From: a virus
DNA length: 64,000 nucleotides
Reading direction: 5' to 3' (one strand)
Virus record (IMG/VR): IMGVR_UViG_3300045922_000122
Span: 21,622-85,621 of that record
The first letter of the stretch is position 1. Every line of letters starts with the position of its first letter. A program made the translations under genes and the position numbers. Positions 1 to 8,620 of the stretch are shown piece by piece. Under the pieces are notes generated by a model, which saw only the letters and a program-made list of their open reading frames with translations, ran no database searches and had not been told where the DNA came from.

Positions 1-1712
1 TAGGAGATAAAACTGGTGAAAACCAGTTTTTATTTCCTTATAGTAAAGAAAACATGTCTGCTTTAAAACCAATATTAGAAAATAATAATAAAACATTTAT
101 ATTTCAAAATTCACAATTTGATTTAAGATTTTTAAGAAGAGATAATATTATAGTTACAAATATATTTGATGTATTTTTAGCAGAATGTTTATTAACTACA
201 AGTGTTCCAGAAAAAGAAAGACAATTAGGATTAGACTACTTAGTATTTAAATATACAGGAAACACATTAAATAAATCAGTAAGAGGAGTTATACATAGAG
301 AAAATCTAAGTTCAAGAGTTATAGTTTATGCTTGTGAAGACGTTAAATATATGTCTCAAGTAAAAGCTAAACAAATAGAAAAACTTAAAGAACTAGATTT
401 AATGAATGTAATGGATTTAGAAAATAAAGCTGCAATAGCTTTTTCTGCAATGTGTTATAATGGAATTAAATTAAATCAAAGTAAATGGAAGGAGGTTTCA
501 ATTAATGTAGAAAAAGATTTAAAGAAACAAATAGAAATTCTAGATAACATAGTTATTAAAGAGAAGAAGCTTATAAAATATTGTAGTAGATTTACTCAAT
601 CTAAGCTTTTTGATGGATTCAACGAAAGAGTAGTAAAAATTAATTGGGCTAGTGATTTACAAAAAAAGAAAGTTCTTATAAGTTTATTCGGTGATAGTAT
701 TGAAGATAGTTCTGATAGAACTTTACAAAAGTATAAGAAAAAACACAAATTAGTAGGTGAACTTATAAAGTTTAACAAACTTTCAAAATTACAAAGTTCT
801 TTTGGAAATGAATTTTTAAAACATATAAATCCAGTTACTAATAGGATACATCCAGAAGTATGGCAAATACTAAGTACAGGTAGAATATCTGTAAGCAATC
901 CAAATTTAAATCAAATTCCTGCTAAAGGAGAAATAGGAAACATAATCAGAAGTTGTTTTATACCTGAAGAAGGTAATGTTATTGTAGGTGGAGATTATTC
1001 AGGTATGGAATTAAGGATAATAGCTGAATTTAGTGATGACCCTGTATGGGTTAATGCTTTTATAGAAGGTAAAGACTTACATTCTTTATTATGCTCTATG
1101 ACATTTGGTATTCCAGAAACAGATGTTAAAAAACCATTTCCTTTAAAACCAGAAATGACTTATAGAGATGTACAAAAAACTATTAACTTTGGATTAGCTT
1201 ATGGAATGTCAGAATTTAAACTTGCAGATACTATAGATATATCTACTAAAGATGCTAAATCTATTATTGATAAGTTTTTTAGCCAAGTTCCTAAAGTAAA
1301 AAAGTTACTAGATACTTTTGGTAATTTAGCTAAAACTTATGGTAGAATAAGAACAGCTCCTCCATTTAGAAGAATTAGAGAATTTGAAAACTGGCAATTA
1401 GCTGTAGAAACTCAAGATTTTAAAAGGCTTGGAGAAATAGAAAGAGCTGGTAAAAATTCTCCTATTCAAGGTACAAACTCAGATATTATAAAATTAGCAA
1501 TGCACTTATTACAAACAGAAATAGATAGAGATAAGTTACCTATTAAGATTATTCTATCTGTATATGATGAAATAAGATGCGAAGCTCATAAATCTATAGC
1601 TGAATATTGGAAAGATAGAATGAATACTGTTATGCTAGAATCAGCTAAAACTGTAATAAAAAAAGTTCCTATAGTTGTAGATTGTAAAATTACTGATTGT
1701 TGGATTAAATAA
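1..1712 (+). CDS. polA: Family A DNA polymerase with 3'-5' exonuclease domain; 5' end lies outside the window
   Basis: Motifs NSQFD (ExoII), YACED (ExoIII), TGRIS..NPNLNQIP, DYSGMELR (motif A), RxxxKTINFGLAYG (motif B) and VYDE (motif C). The frame is open from position 3 to the ATG at 54 (GDKTGENQF...) and ExoI is missing, so the gene starts upstream. Confidence 0.97.
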   Translation, partial: GDKTGENQFLFPYSKENMSALKPILENNNKTFIFQNSQFDLRFLRRDNIIVTNIFDVFLAECLLTTSVPEKERQLGLDYLVFKYTGNTLNKSVRGVIHRENLSSRVIVYACEDVKYMSQVKAKQIEKLKELDLMNVMDLENKAAIAFSAMCYNGIKLNQSKWKEVSINVEKDLKKQIEILDNIVIKEKKLIKYCSRFTQSKLFDGFNERVVKINWASDLQKKKVLISLFGDSIEDSSDRTLQKYKKKHKLVGELIKFNKLSKLQSSFGNEFLKHINPVTNRIHPEVWQILSTGRISVSNPNLNQIPAKGEIGNIIRSCFIPEEGNVIVGGDYSGMELRIIAEFSDDPVWVNAFIEGKDLHSLLCSMTFGIPETDVKKPFPLKPEMTYRDVQKTINFGLAYGMSEFKLADTIDISTKDAKSIIDKFFSQVPKVKKLLDTFGNLAKTYGRIRTAPPFRRIREFENWQLAVETQDFKRLGEIERAGKNSPIQGTNSDIIKLAMHLLQTEIDRDKLPIKIILSVYDEIRCEAHKSIAEYWKDRMNTVMLESAKTVIKKVPIVVDCKITDCWIK

Positions 1713-1724
1713 AATCTAAAGAAT

Positions 1725-2015
1725 ATGAAAAAACAAAATTTTGATAAATCAATAGAAATTATAAAAAAAGCAGTATCTGAATTATTACCTATTAAAGATT
1801 CTAGAAATAATGAAATTAGAGAGATTATAAATTATCTACTTGATTGTGCTGAAAATGGATATTGTTTAATTCCATTTCCAAATTCACAAGAATACATGGA
1901 AGAAGAATGGTTTGACAAAGAAGCTATTCTTGCTCTAGGTATTGAGTATAAAATAGGAGGTAGTGCTTATTTTATACCTATTAAAAGAATCATAAATAGT
2001 ATAAATAGTAAATAA
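1725..2015 (+). CDS. Hypothetical phage protein
   Basis: 96-aa ORF tightly packed in the + strand operon; FPNSQEYM..WF...SAYFIP motif. Confidence 0.75.
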   Translation: MKKQNFDKSIEIIKKAVSELLPIKDSRNNEIREIINYLLDCAENGYCLIPFPNSQEYMEEEWFDKEAILALGIEYKIGGSAYFIPIKRIINSINSK

Positions 2016-2049
2016 ATAATAGTTATAAAAACAATAAAATAAGTTTATT

Positions 2050-2265
2050 ATGGAAAGAAATAGAGTTATTTGGGAAGGTTGGACAGTAAATGATTTTATA
2101 TCTAAATTAGAACCTATGTTCAATATGATAATGAAAAATCAAAGTCGTCAAAAACCTTTTACTTCTAAAGAAGAATTAAAAAAATGGTGTAAAGATAATC
2201 AACCTTATTACAAAAAACATATACCTGAAGTTTATAAATATTTTAAGAAAAAGGCAAATTTATAA
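2050..2265 (+). CDS. Hypothetical phage protein
   Basis: 71-aa ORF with IWEGWTV...WCKDNQPYYK; A-rich leader. Confidence 0.75.
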   Translation: MERNRVIWEGWTVNDFISKLEPMFNMIMKNQSRQKPFTSKEELKKWCKDNQPYYKKHIPEVYKYFKKKANL

Positions 2266-2276
2266 AAATACTACAA

Positions 2277-2525
2277 ATGAATAAATTAGATGAAATAATA
2301 GAGAAAAATAAGATTCAATTTTTAGAATCAAATAACAATATAAGCATAAATGATTTATGTAAAACAGTAGCAATAGAATTTGCTAAATACATTCTTGAAG
2401 AAGCTGCTGAAAATGTTAAATTTGAAACTGAATATTATGTAAATGATGAAGGTTTATGGGATACAAGACTAACAAATAAAATAGCAAAAGAGTCAATCAC
2501 ATCAGTAATAAATAAATACTTATGA
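2277..2525 (+). CDS. Hypothetical protein
   Basis: 82-aa ORF with an ATGA overlap to the next gene. Confidence 0.7.
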   Translation: MNKLDEIIEKNKIQFLESNNNISINDLCKTVAIEFAKYILEEAAENVKFETEYYVNDEGLWDTRLTNKIAKESITSVINKYL

Positions 2526-2773
2526 GTAAAATATTAAAAAACTTAAATTATCAGTTAAAAACTGAATTTAAACATGATGCTGAAAAAGTTAAAGTTATTT
2601 ATGATTACTTAATTAAGAAATATGACGGACACATTTGGGAAAGTAAATGGAATCCTTTAGTAAGTACTAATTTTATTGGTAAATACCCTTATTATAAAAA
2701 AGTTTATAGTTTAACTGATATTGGTGAAATGGTTTTTAAACAATTAACAAATGAAAATACTAATAAACAATAA
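2522..2773 (+). CDS. Hypothetical protein
   Basis: 83-aa ORF, translationally coupled to the previous gene. Confidence 0.7.
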   Translation: MSKILKNLNYQLKTEFKHDAEKVKVIYDYLIKKYDGHIWESKWNPLVSTNFIGKYPYYKKVYSLTDIGEMVFKQLTNENTNKQ

Positions 2774-3371
2774 AGAACAAGATACTATTAAAGCTATTCA
2801 AGTAGACGATTACTGGGTAGTTGTTGATACTAAAGATACTTATTATCAGAAAAATAAATTTGTTTACTCTTTAAATGGTGGAATTGGGTTTTTAGATAGA
2901 GATAATGAAAAATCTTATGTAATAAAAAATAATACATCTGATATTTGTTATGAGTTTACTTATACGGATAGTTGGTATAAAATCATAGCTTCAACTAAAT
3001 TCATTGACAAATCTATTCCTGTAATTAAGTTTGTTGAGAAAAGTGTTAATGAATTAGCTAAAGAATATCAAAATTCTTGGGGTAAATTTGAAAAAACTGA
3101 AGAATCTTATTATGCTTTTATAGAAGGTTTTAATCAAGCTAAATCTTCTGATAAGAAATATACAGAAAAACAATTAGAAGATGCTATTATAATGGCATTT
3201 GATATATCTGAATTTGGAATATTTAGAATATCAAGAGATAAATATAAAAATAGAATCATTCAATCAATAAACGAATCTAAACTACCTGATGTAATTAACT
3301 TAGAAATGGAAGATTCAAAACTTAAAACTAAATCAACTCCAGAAGGAGAAGTTATAGAAATTAAAGTTTAA
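2751..3371 (+). CDS. Hypothetical phage protein
   Basis: 206-aa ORF containing KIIAST and YTEKQLEDAI segments. Confidence 0.8.
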   Translation: MKILINNKEQDTIKAIQVDDYWVVVDTKDTYYQKNKFVYSLNGGIGFLDRDNEKSYVIKNNTSDICYEFTYTDSWYKIIASTKFIDKSIPVIKFVEKSVNELAKEYQNSWGKFEKTEESYYAFIEGFNQAKSSDKKYTEKQLEDAIIMAFDISEFGIFRISRDKYKNRIIQSINESKLPDVINLEMEDSKLKTKSTPEGEVIEIKV

Positions 3372-3417
3372 ATAAATTATTATTTGATGGTTGTTTAAAA
3401 CATAAATAAGAAAGATT

Positions 3418-3744
3418 ATGTACACATTTAAATTAAATTGTGATAAGTGGTTTGAAGACGATAAGATAAAAATAATATATTTAAAATACTATGATAATAA
3501 AAGACTTGCTGTATACATTAAAGACAAAGACGGTAAGGATTATTGTATTATAAAAAAAATTCTTATTGATAAAAATAATGAAAGTTTTGATATAGCAACC
3601 GATAAAATCAGAAATTTTGTACGAGATAAACTTCAAGAATGGATAACAGAAGAAGATGAAAAAGAGAGAGCAAGACTTGAAGCTATTGAACGTGAAAAAC
3701 TAGAGGAAAAAGAAAAAATAAAGAGATTAATGGATTTATTTTAA
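3418..3744 (+). CDS. Hypothetical protein with C-terminal coiled coil
   Basis: 108-aa ORF preceded by the TTTAAAACATAAATAA leader. Confidence 0.75.
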   Translation: MYTFKLNCDKWFEDDKIKIIYLKYYDNKRLAVYIKDKDGKDYCIIKKILIDKNNESFDIATDKIRNFVRDKLQEWITEEDEKERARLEAIEREKLEEKEKIKRLMDLF

Positions 3745-3771
3745 ATCTTTAAAATTTAAACAAATAATAAT

Positions 3772-4002
3772 ATGTCAAAAAATAACGAAATTAAACTATT
3801 TAAGCAAACTACTGTTATCAACAGTTCTTATTTAGATAAACTTGCAAAAGATTAAGTCAGCAAAAGAATATCAAAGACTTTGCAGTATGACTTGGAAACA
3901 ATACTTTCAGGAGTTTATTTCAAAGAATTGTCAGATAATTTAGAGTTAACTAAAAAAGAATAAGATAATATTAGTGATGAAGAAAAATATGAGATACTAT
4001 AA
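3772..4002 (+). pseudogene. Probable pseudogene (76 codons) with two in-frame TAA stops
   Basis: ATG at 3772, TAA at 3853 and 3961, terminal TAA at 4000-4002 overlapping the next ATG (TAATG). The frame fills an otherwise empty gap. Confidence 0.5.
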
Positions 4003-4211
4003 TGGAAAATAATTTATATATTAGTCATAAACTAACAGAAGAAAATAAAAAAGCACTTTATAGCATGAAGCTACATGAAACTAAAGTTTTTAGCTGTGAG
4101 TATAATATTTACTTAATGGTAACCAGAGTACCTGGTGGTTGGATTTATGAATACAATGCTGAAAGGTTACATTATGCTATTTTTATTCCGTTTGATAATG
4201 AATTTCAATAA
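4002..4211 (+). CDS. Hypothetical phage protein
   Basis: 69-aa ORF with VTRVPGGWIY. Confidence 0.7.
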   Translation: MENNLYISHKLTEENKKALYSMKLHETKVFSCEYNIYLMVTRVPGGWIYEYNAERLHYAIFIPFDNEFQ

Positions 4212-4277
4212 GATTAACCAGTCGGCTATTGTTGAGAGGGCATTTTTGGATTATTTAAAACATAAATAATATTTAAT

Positions 4278-4547
4278 ATGAAAACATTTACAATTAAAAA
4301 AACTGACAATGATAATAATAATTTAGAAAATTTTAATAAAGCTATTGACAATGCAATTAATGATTTTATATTAGAAAATCACCGAATGCCTGAAATTATT
4401 ATTATAAATCCTGTCGATTTTGAAAAGTTTATACAGGCAATATGCCAAAAATATAGCTACTATGGTATACAGAATTTTTTCAACTATAAATGGTTGAGAA
4501 TAATTAGGTCGTATGATATTGATGAAGGATGTTGGGCTGTTTATTAA
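4278..4547 (+). CDS. Hypothetical protein
   Basis: 89-aa ORF with the same 16-bp leader as the gene at 3418. Confidence 0.7.
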   Translation: MKTFTIKKTDNDNNNLENFNKAIDNAINDFILENHRMPEIIIINPVDFEKFIQAICQKYSYYGIQNFFNYKWLRIIRSYDIDEGCWAVY

Positions 4548-4581
4548 TTGTTTGATTGTTTTAAAAATAAAAGTTAAAAAT

Positions 4582-4746
4582 ATGGAAAATATAAATTTAA
4601 GTAAAAAATTAGAAAATCTTAAAAGAGATTTTGAAAGTATTATTGATGATGTTATTGAAGAAATTGAAAGTCTTGAAAACAAGTTAGAAGATAAAGAAAG
4701 TGAAATTGAGTTATTGGAAGAAAGAATTTCAGAATTAGAACAGTGA
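4582..4746 (+). CDS. Small acidic coiled-coil protein
   Basis: Likely start at MENINL (4582) after an A-rich leader, not at 4513; E-rich heptads. Confidence 0.65.
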   Translation: MENINLSKKLENLKRDFESIIDDVIEEIESLENKLEDKESEIELLEERISELEQ

Positions 4747-4761
4747 AATTAAAATCATAAA

Positions 4762-4995
4762 ATGAGCAAACAAGCAAAATTTAAAGACCTTATTAATTTG
4801 TGTAATAAATTTGGTTGGGATAATATTATATCTGAATTAGAAAAGATTGTTTTACATTACGAAAACATTCAAGCACATTTATTTAGTGGTACTCCACAAG
4901 AGGTACGTCAGGCTGTAAAACTTCGTAAGACAATTATTAAGCAAAATTTAACAATTGCTAAATTAAAAGAATATCGTAAAAAACATGGACTTTAA
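4762..4995 (+). CDS. Hypothetical protein
   Basis: 77-aa ORF within the operon. Confidence 0.7.
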   Translation: MSKQAKFKDLINLCNKFGWDNIISELEKIVLHYENIQAHLFSGTPQEVRQAVKLRKTIIKQNLTIAKLKEYRKKHGL

Positions 4996-5064
4996 TAAAA
5001 ATTATAATAAAAGTAGAAATAATTAAAATTATAATTTAAACTAAACCTTTAAAACAATAAAACT

Positions 5065-5364
5065 ATGAACACAAAAAAGATTCAAGAAAAAGAATATGAT
5101 ACACCTGTAATTCGTCAACCTGAGTTTCAAATAATTATTGAAACGTTACAAAGTGCCGTAGCTCGCTATGATGCTATTGTATCCGAAACAAAAAACAAAC
5201 TGCAAATGATTAAAACGTACAATGAACCTTCAACACTAAACGAAGCTGTAAAAGAAAAAGAGACTGAAAGTGTAACAGAAGAAATTAATCGTTTGCTTGA
5301 ACAATTAAATCTACTTAATGAAAAAGCAGAAGGAAATTTAAGGCACTTGAGAGAAATAGTTTAA
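5065..5364 (+). CDS. Hypothetical coiled-coil protein
   Basis: 99-aa ORF with helical heptads. Confidence 0.7.
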   Translation: MNTKKIQEKEYDTPVIRQPEFQIIIETLQSAVARYDAIVSETKNKLQMIKTYNEPSTLNEAVKEKETESVTEEINRLLEQLNLLNEKAEGNLRHLREIV

Positions 5365-5397
5365 TTTTTTTAGCTTTAATTAAACAAAGCAGTAAAA

Positions 5398-5607
5398 ATG
5401 AAAATCCATATTTATAAATTAGTAAAAGAAATACTGAAAAATCCAGAGTTATATCATCAATGTATAGCTTGTAAAAATCCAGTTGATAAAAGACATGCTC
5501 AAGATGGTTGTCCTACTTGTGGTGGACATTATTTTGAAGCTGAAAAAGATAAAGATTTTTCACATTTAAAAGATATTTTAGAAGATAATCAAGAAATAGA
5601 AGTATGA
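5398..5607 (+). CDS. Small zinc-ribbon protein
   Basis: CIAC...CPTC motif pair. Confidence 0.7.
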   Translation: MKIHIYKLVKEILKNPELYHQCIACKNPVDKRHAQDGCPTCGGHYFEAEKDKDFSHLKDILEDNQEIEV

Positions 5608-6155
5608 TAAACTCAAAAGAAAGACAATTTAACGTATTTAAATTAACAAGTGGGGATATTATATATGTTCCTATTTTAGAATTTGCTATTTTTAAAAATT
5701 ATAAAATAGTAAAAGAAGGAGTAAATAAAGACAGAGAAGTTATTATAAGTATAACTTATTATTCATTACTTAATTCAGCTAAATATCATACAAGAACTAG
5801 ACATTCTAGATTTAGAAGAGTTGCAGCAGCACATATAAATAACTTAAATTTAGAAGAAATAGCTAGAGCTTCTAGTATATATAGTAAGTACAAAGAAGAA
5901 TTTGAATATAATCCTATAACAAATGCTACTCCTATTAAAGATAAAGTAAGTGAAATTATTGAAGATTTATATTTAAAAAATAAATCTAATACTTTAAATG
6001 AAGAAGAATATCTATTTGAAATGGTAAATAAGTTAACTGATTTCACTAATTATAAAGATTTTATGTTTGAAAATTTTAAGTTAAAAGAAGATTATATTTT
6101 TCAATTAATACAATATGCAGATATTTATAGAGAAGTTAGGGGAAAAGTGGTATGA
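5604..6155 (+). CDS. Hypothetical protein
   Basis: 183-aa ORF with an ATGA overlap. Confidence 0.7.
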   Translation: MINSKERQFNVFKLTSGDIIYVPILEFAIFKNYKIVKEGVNKDREVIISITYYSLLNSAKYHTRTRHSRFRRVAAAHINNLNLEEIARASSIYSKYKEEFEYNPITNATPIKDKVSEIIEDLYLKNKSNTLNEEEYLFEMVNKLTDFTNYKDFMFENFKLKEDYIFQLIQYADIYREVRGKVV

Positions 6156-6801
6156 AAAACTAGAAGACTATTTACTATCTAACTCTTTTAGAGAGTTAGG
6201 TAGTAAAATAGTTAATGAATATAAAATTAAAACTATATACCCTGAATATAATGATATTTTTAAAGCTTATAAACTTACAAACTATGATGATGTTAAAGTA
6301 GTTATTTTAGGACAAGACCCTTATCCTAATGGTGAAGCTGATGGATTAGCTTTTAGCGTCAAAGAAGATGATTACATAATAAAAATACCACCTAGTCTTA
6401 AAGCTATATTTGATGAAATAGAAAAAGATGTTTATGGTGGATTTAGAGTAGAACAAGATTGGAACTTAGAGAGATGGGCTAAACAAGGCGTTTTTTTACT
6501 TAATACTATATTAACTGTAGAAAAAGGAAAACCTAAATCTCATGCTTTATATGGTTGGGAAGAATTTACTAAAGTAACAATAGAAAAATTAAATGAAAGT
6601 GATAATCCTATATGCTTTATGTTATGGGGTAAAGATGCTAAATCTTATAAGAAATTTATAACTAATGAACATCATTTAGTTTTACAAAGCGGTCATCCTG
6701 CTACTAAATATTATGAAACAGATTATTGGTCAGGAAATAGACATTTTAGTAAGTGTAATAAATTTTTAATTCAAAACAATAGAGGTTCAATAGAATGGTA
6801 A
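6115..6801 (+). CDS. ung: Uracil-DNA glycosylase (family 1)
   Basis: VVILGQDPYP, GLAFS, PPSL, QGVFLLN, LWG and GHP motifs. Confidence 0.96.
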   Translation: MQIFIEKLGEKWYEKLEDYLLSNSFRELGSKIVNEYKIKTIYPEYNDIFKAYKLTNYDDVKVVILGQDPYPNGEADGLAFSVKEDDYIIKIPPSLKAIFDEIEKDVYGGFRVEQDWNLERWAKQGVFLLNTILTVEKGKPKSHALYGWEEFTKVTIEKLNESDNPICFMLWGKDAKSYKKFITNEHHLVLQSGHPATKYYETDYWSGNRHFSKCNKFLIQNNRGSIEW

Positions 6802-6805
6802 AATT

Positions 6806-7030
6806 ATGGAAAAAGAAAAAAATGAATTTGTAAAAGAATTAGAAAATAAAATATTACTATTACAAGAAAAATGTGATATTTTACAACAAATAGTTGACAT
6901 AAATAATAAAATCATTTATGATAAACATAATAGTTTAAGTAATTTTAAACATAAAGTTGAATCTATAAGTATTTTTGAAAGGTTATTTAATTATAAAAAT
7001 ACTATAAGAAAAATATGGGAGAAAATTTAA
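6806..7030 (+). CDS. Hypothetical protein
   Basis: 74-aa coiled-coil ORF. Confidence 0.65.
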   Translation: MEKEKNEFVKELENKILLLQEKCDILQQIVDINNKIIYDKHNSLSNFKHKVESISIFERLFNYKNTIRKIWEKI

Positions 7031-7227
7031 ATAAAGGAAGAAAATATTTTAAATTTGAATGTATACCTATAATAATAGCAGCATATTCTGTTGAAGCTGC
7101 TATTAAGAAGGCTAAAGAAATATTTGGAGAAAAGTTATACGAAGATAGAGTTGTTTGGGAACAACTAGCTACAATTAAAAAAATGGATTTTAATTTTGAA
7201 GATAGAAAGGATATAATAGAAGTATGA
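7015..7227 (+). CDS. Hypothetical protein
   Basis: 70-aa ORF with IxAxSxEAAIKKA motif. Confidence 0.65.
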   Translation: MGENLNKGRKYFKFECIPIIIAAYSVEAAIKKAKEIFGEKLYEDRVVWEQLATIKKMDFNFEDRKDIIEV

Positions 7228-7466
7228 CTATAACAATAGAAATAATTAAAGAAGCTTTAGAAGAAGTCTTAAAAAAGACTTTTTCTGAAAAAGAAATAAC
7301 TGAAGATACTAATCTATATATAGATTTAAGTATGTCAGAAATAGATAAAACAGAATTAGTGTTGGCTTTAGAAGATAAGACTAATTTAATGATACCTTAT
7401 GAAGAAGAAGAATCTTGGGTAAAAGTTAAAGATATATTAAACACGTTAAACAAATTAAATAAATAA
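7224..7466 (+). CDS. Acyl carrier protein-like protein lacking the canonical phosphopantetheine Ser
   Basis: 80-aa acidic protein. ITEDTNLYIDLSMSEIDKTELVLALED...IPYEEEESWVKVKD aligns by eye with the ACP pattern DLGxDSLDxVELVMALEE...IPDEEAEKIxTV. Confidence 0.8.
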   Translation: MTITIEIIKEALEEVLKKTFSEKEITEDTNLYIDLSMSEIDKTELVLALEDKTNLMIPYEEEESWVKVKDILNTLNKLNK

Positions 7467-7470
7467 AATT

Positions 7471-8019
7471 ATGGGAACATCTAATTTTCACAATGTTAAT
7501 GCAAGTAAAATTTATGCAATTCTAGAAGATTCTGAAAGTATGGTATCTGATTTTATACATACTATAGATAACATACAAGAAGATTTAAAAGAAAAAGGTT
7601 ATAAAGAAGTTGATGAAAAAGCTATTGATGAGTTAAGAGCTTATCCTGCTAGAGTAATAGCTGAAAAAACAGAAATTAAAACTATTGAAAATATAGATTT
7701 AGAAATATCTATTACTATATGTGCTGTTGTTAGGTCTGGATATTATGAAGGATTTAATTTAGATTGGTATATTGTATATTCAGACTCTAATAACTATAAT
7801 TTAAAAGAATTAGATATAGAAACTATTTTTAATAATAATGATTATGAATTTGAAAATAAAGAAAAAGAAATAGAAGAAACTAAAAATTGGATTGAAAATA
7901 CTAAAAATAATCTTATAAAAGAACTAGAAGAAATATATGAAAGTATTTCTACAAGTTTAGTAGTAACTGCAAGATTTAGTAATGGAGAAACTATATACGA
8001 AAAAGCTAATAATAATTAA
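7471..8019 (+). CDS. Acidic hypothetical phage protein
   Basis: 182 aa, D/E-rich; RSGYYEGFNLD and C-terminal RFSNGETIY motifs. Confidence 0.8.
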   Translation: MGTSNFHNVNASKIYAILEDSESMVSDFIHTIDNIQEDLKEKGYKEVDEKAIDELRAYPARVIAEKTEIKTIENIDLEISITICAVVRSGYYEGFNLDWYIVYSDSNNYNLKELDIETIFNNNDYEFENKEKEIEETKNWIENTKNNLIKELEEIYESISTSLVVTARFSNGETIYEKANNN

Positions 8020-8021
8020 TT

Positions 8022-8585
8022 ATGAGTAAAGAATTAAATCAAGTAAAGGAATTTCAAAATTCTTTTGGTCAACCAATTTTAAGTTTTAAAGATAATATTT
8101 CTGCCGATAGAGCAAGACTAAGGCTTGGTTTGATACTAGAAGAATTACATGAGCTAGCAATAGCTTTAGGAGAAGAAATTAATTTTAGATGGCAGCTAAA
8201 AAAACTATTAGAAGAAGAACCTATTAGTACACCTATAATGTCTAAAGTTAGTCAAGCAGATGCTTTAGCTGATTTAGAATATGTAGTTAAAGGAACTATA
8301 TTAGAATGTGGACTAGGAGATGTTTTTGATGAAGTGTTTGATGAAGTTCATGCTAGTAACATGAGTAAAACTATATCTGAAGAACAAATAGAAAAAGAAA
8401 AAGAAATTTTAACTAAATCTAATATTGATTATAATATGGTAAAAACTAAGAATAACAGATATATTATTATAAGAAAAGAAGATGGTAAAGTAATTAAACC
8501 TTCTACTTATAAAAAAGCAGATATAGCTGGTATATTAGAACGCTTTAAAATAAAGTTATCTGCACAAAGACCTTTGGACATTTAA
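8022..8585 (+). CDS. MazG-like / PRA-PH family NTP pyrophosphohydrolase
   Basis: LILEELHEL, DALADLEYV, FDEVHASNMSK and DGKVIKP motifs. Confidence 0.9.
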   Translation: MSKELNQVKEFQNSFGQPILSFKDNISADRARLRLGLILEELHELAIALGEEINFRWQLKKLLEEEPISTPIMSKVSQADALADLEYVVKGTILECGLGDVFDEVFDEVHASNMSKTISEEQIEKEKEILTKSNIDYNMVKTKNNRYIIIRKEDGKVIKPSTYKKADIAGILERFKIKLSAQRPLDI

Positions 8586-8597
8586 AATATTGGAATG

Positions 8598-8620
8598 TAG
8601 AGGGGCTTAACTTCCCTCTA
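8598..8620. terminator. Hairpin at the convergence of the two transcription arms; probable bidirectional terminator
   Basis: TAGAGGG(G)-loop-(T)CCCTCTA between converging stop codons (8585 and 8621). Confidence 0.65.

Noticed and set aside
9-30. Hairpin AAAACTGG-TGAAAA-CCAGTTTT resembling a terminator upstream of polA
   Set aside because: It lies inside the open polA frame (GDKTGENQF), which continues beyond the window start.
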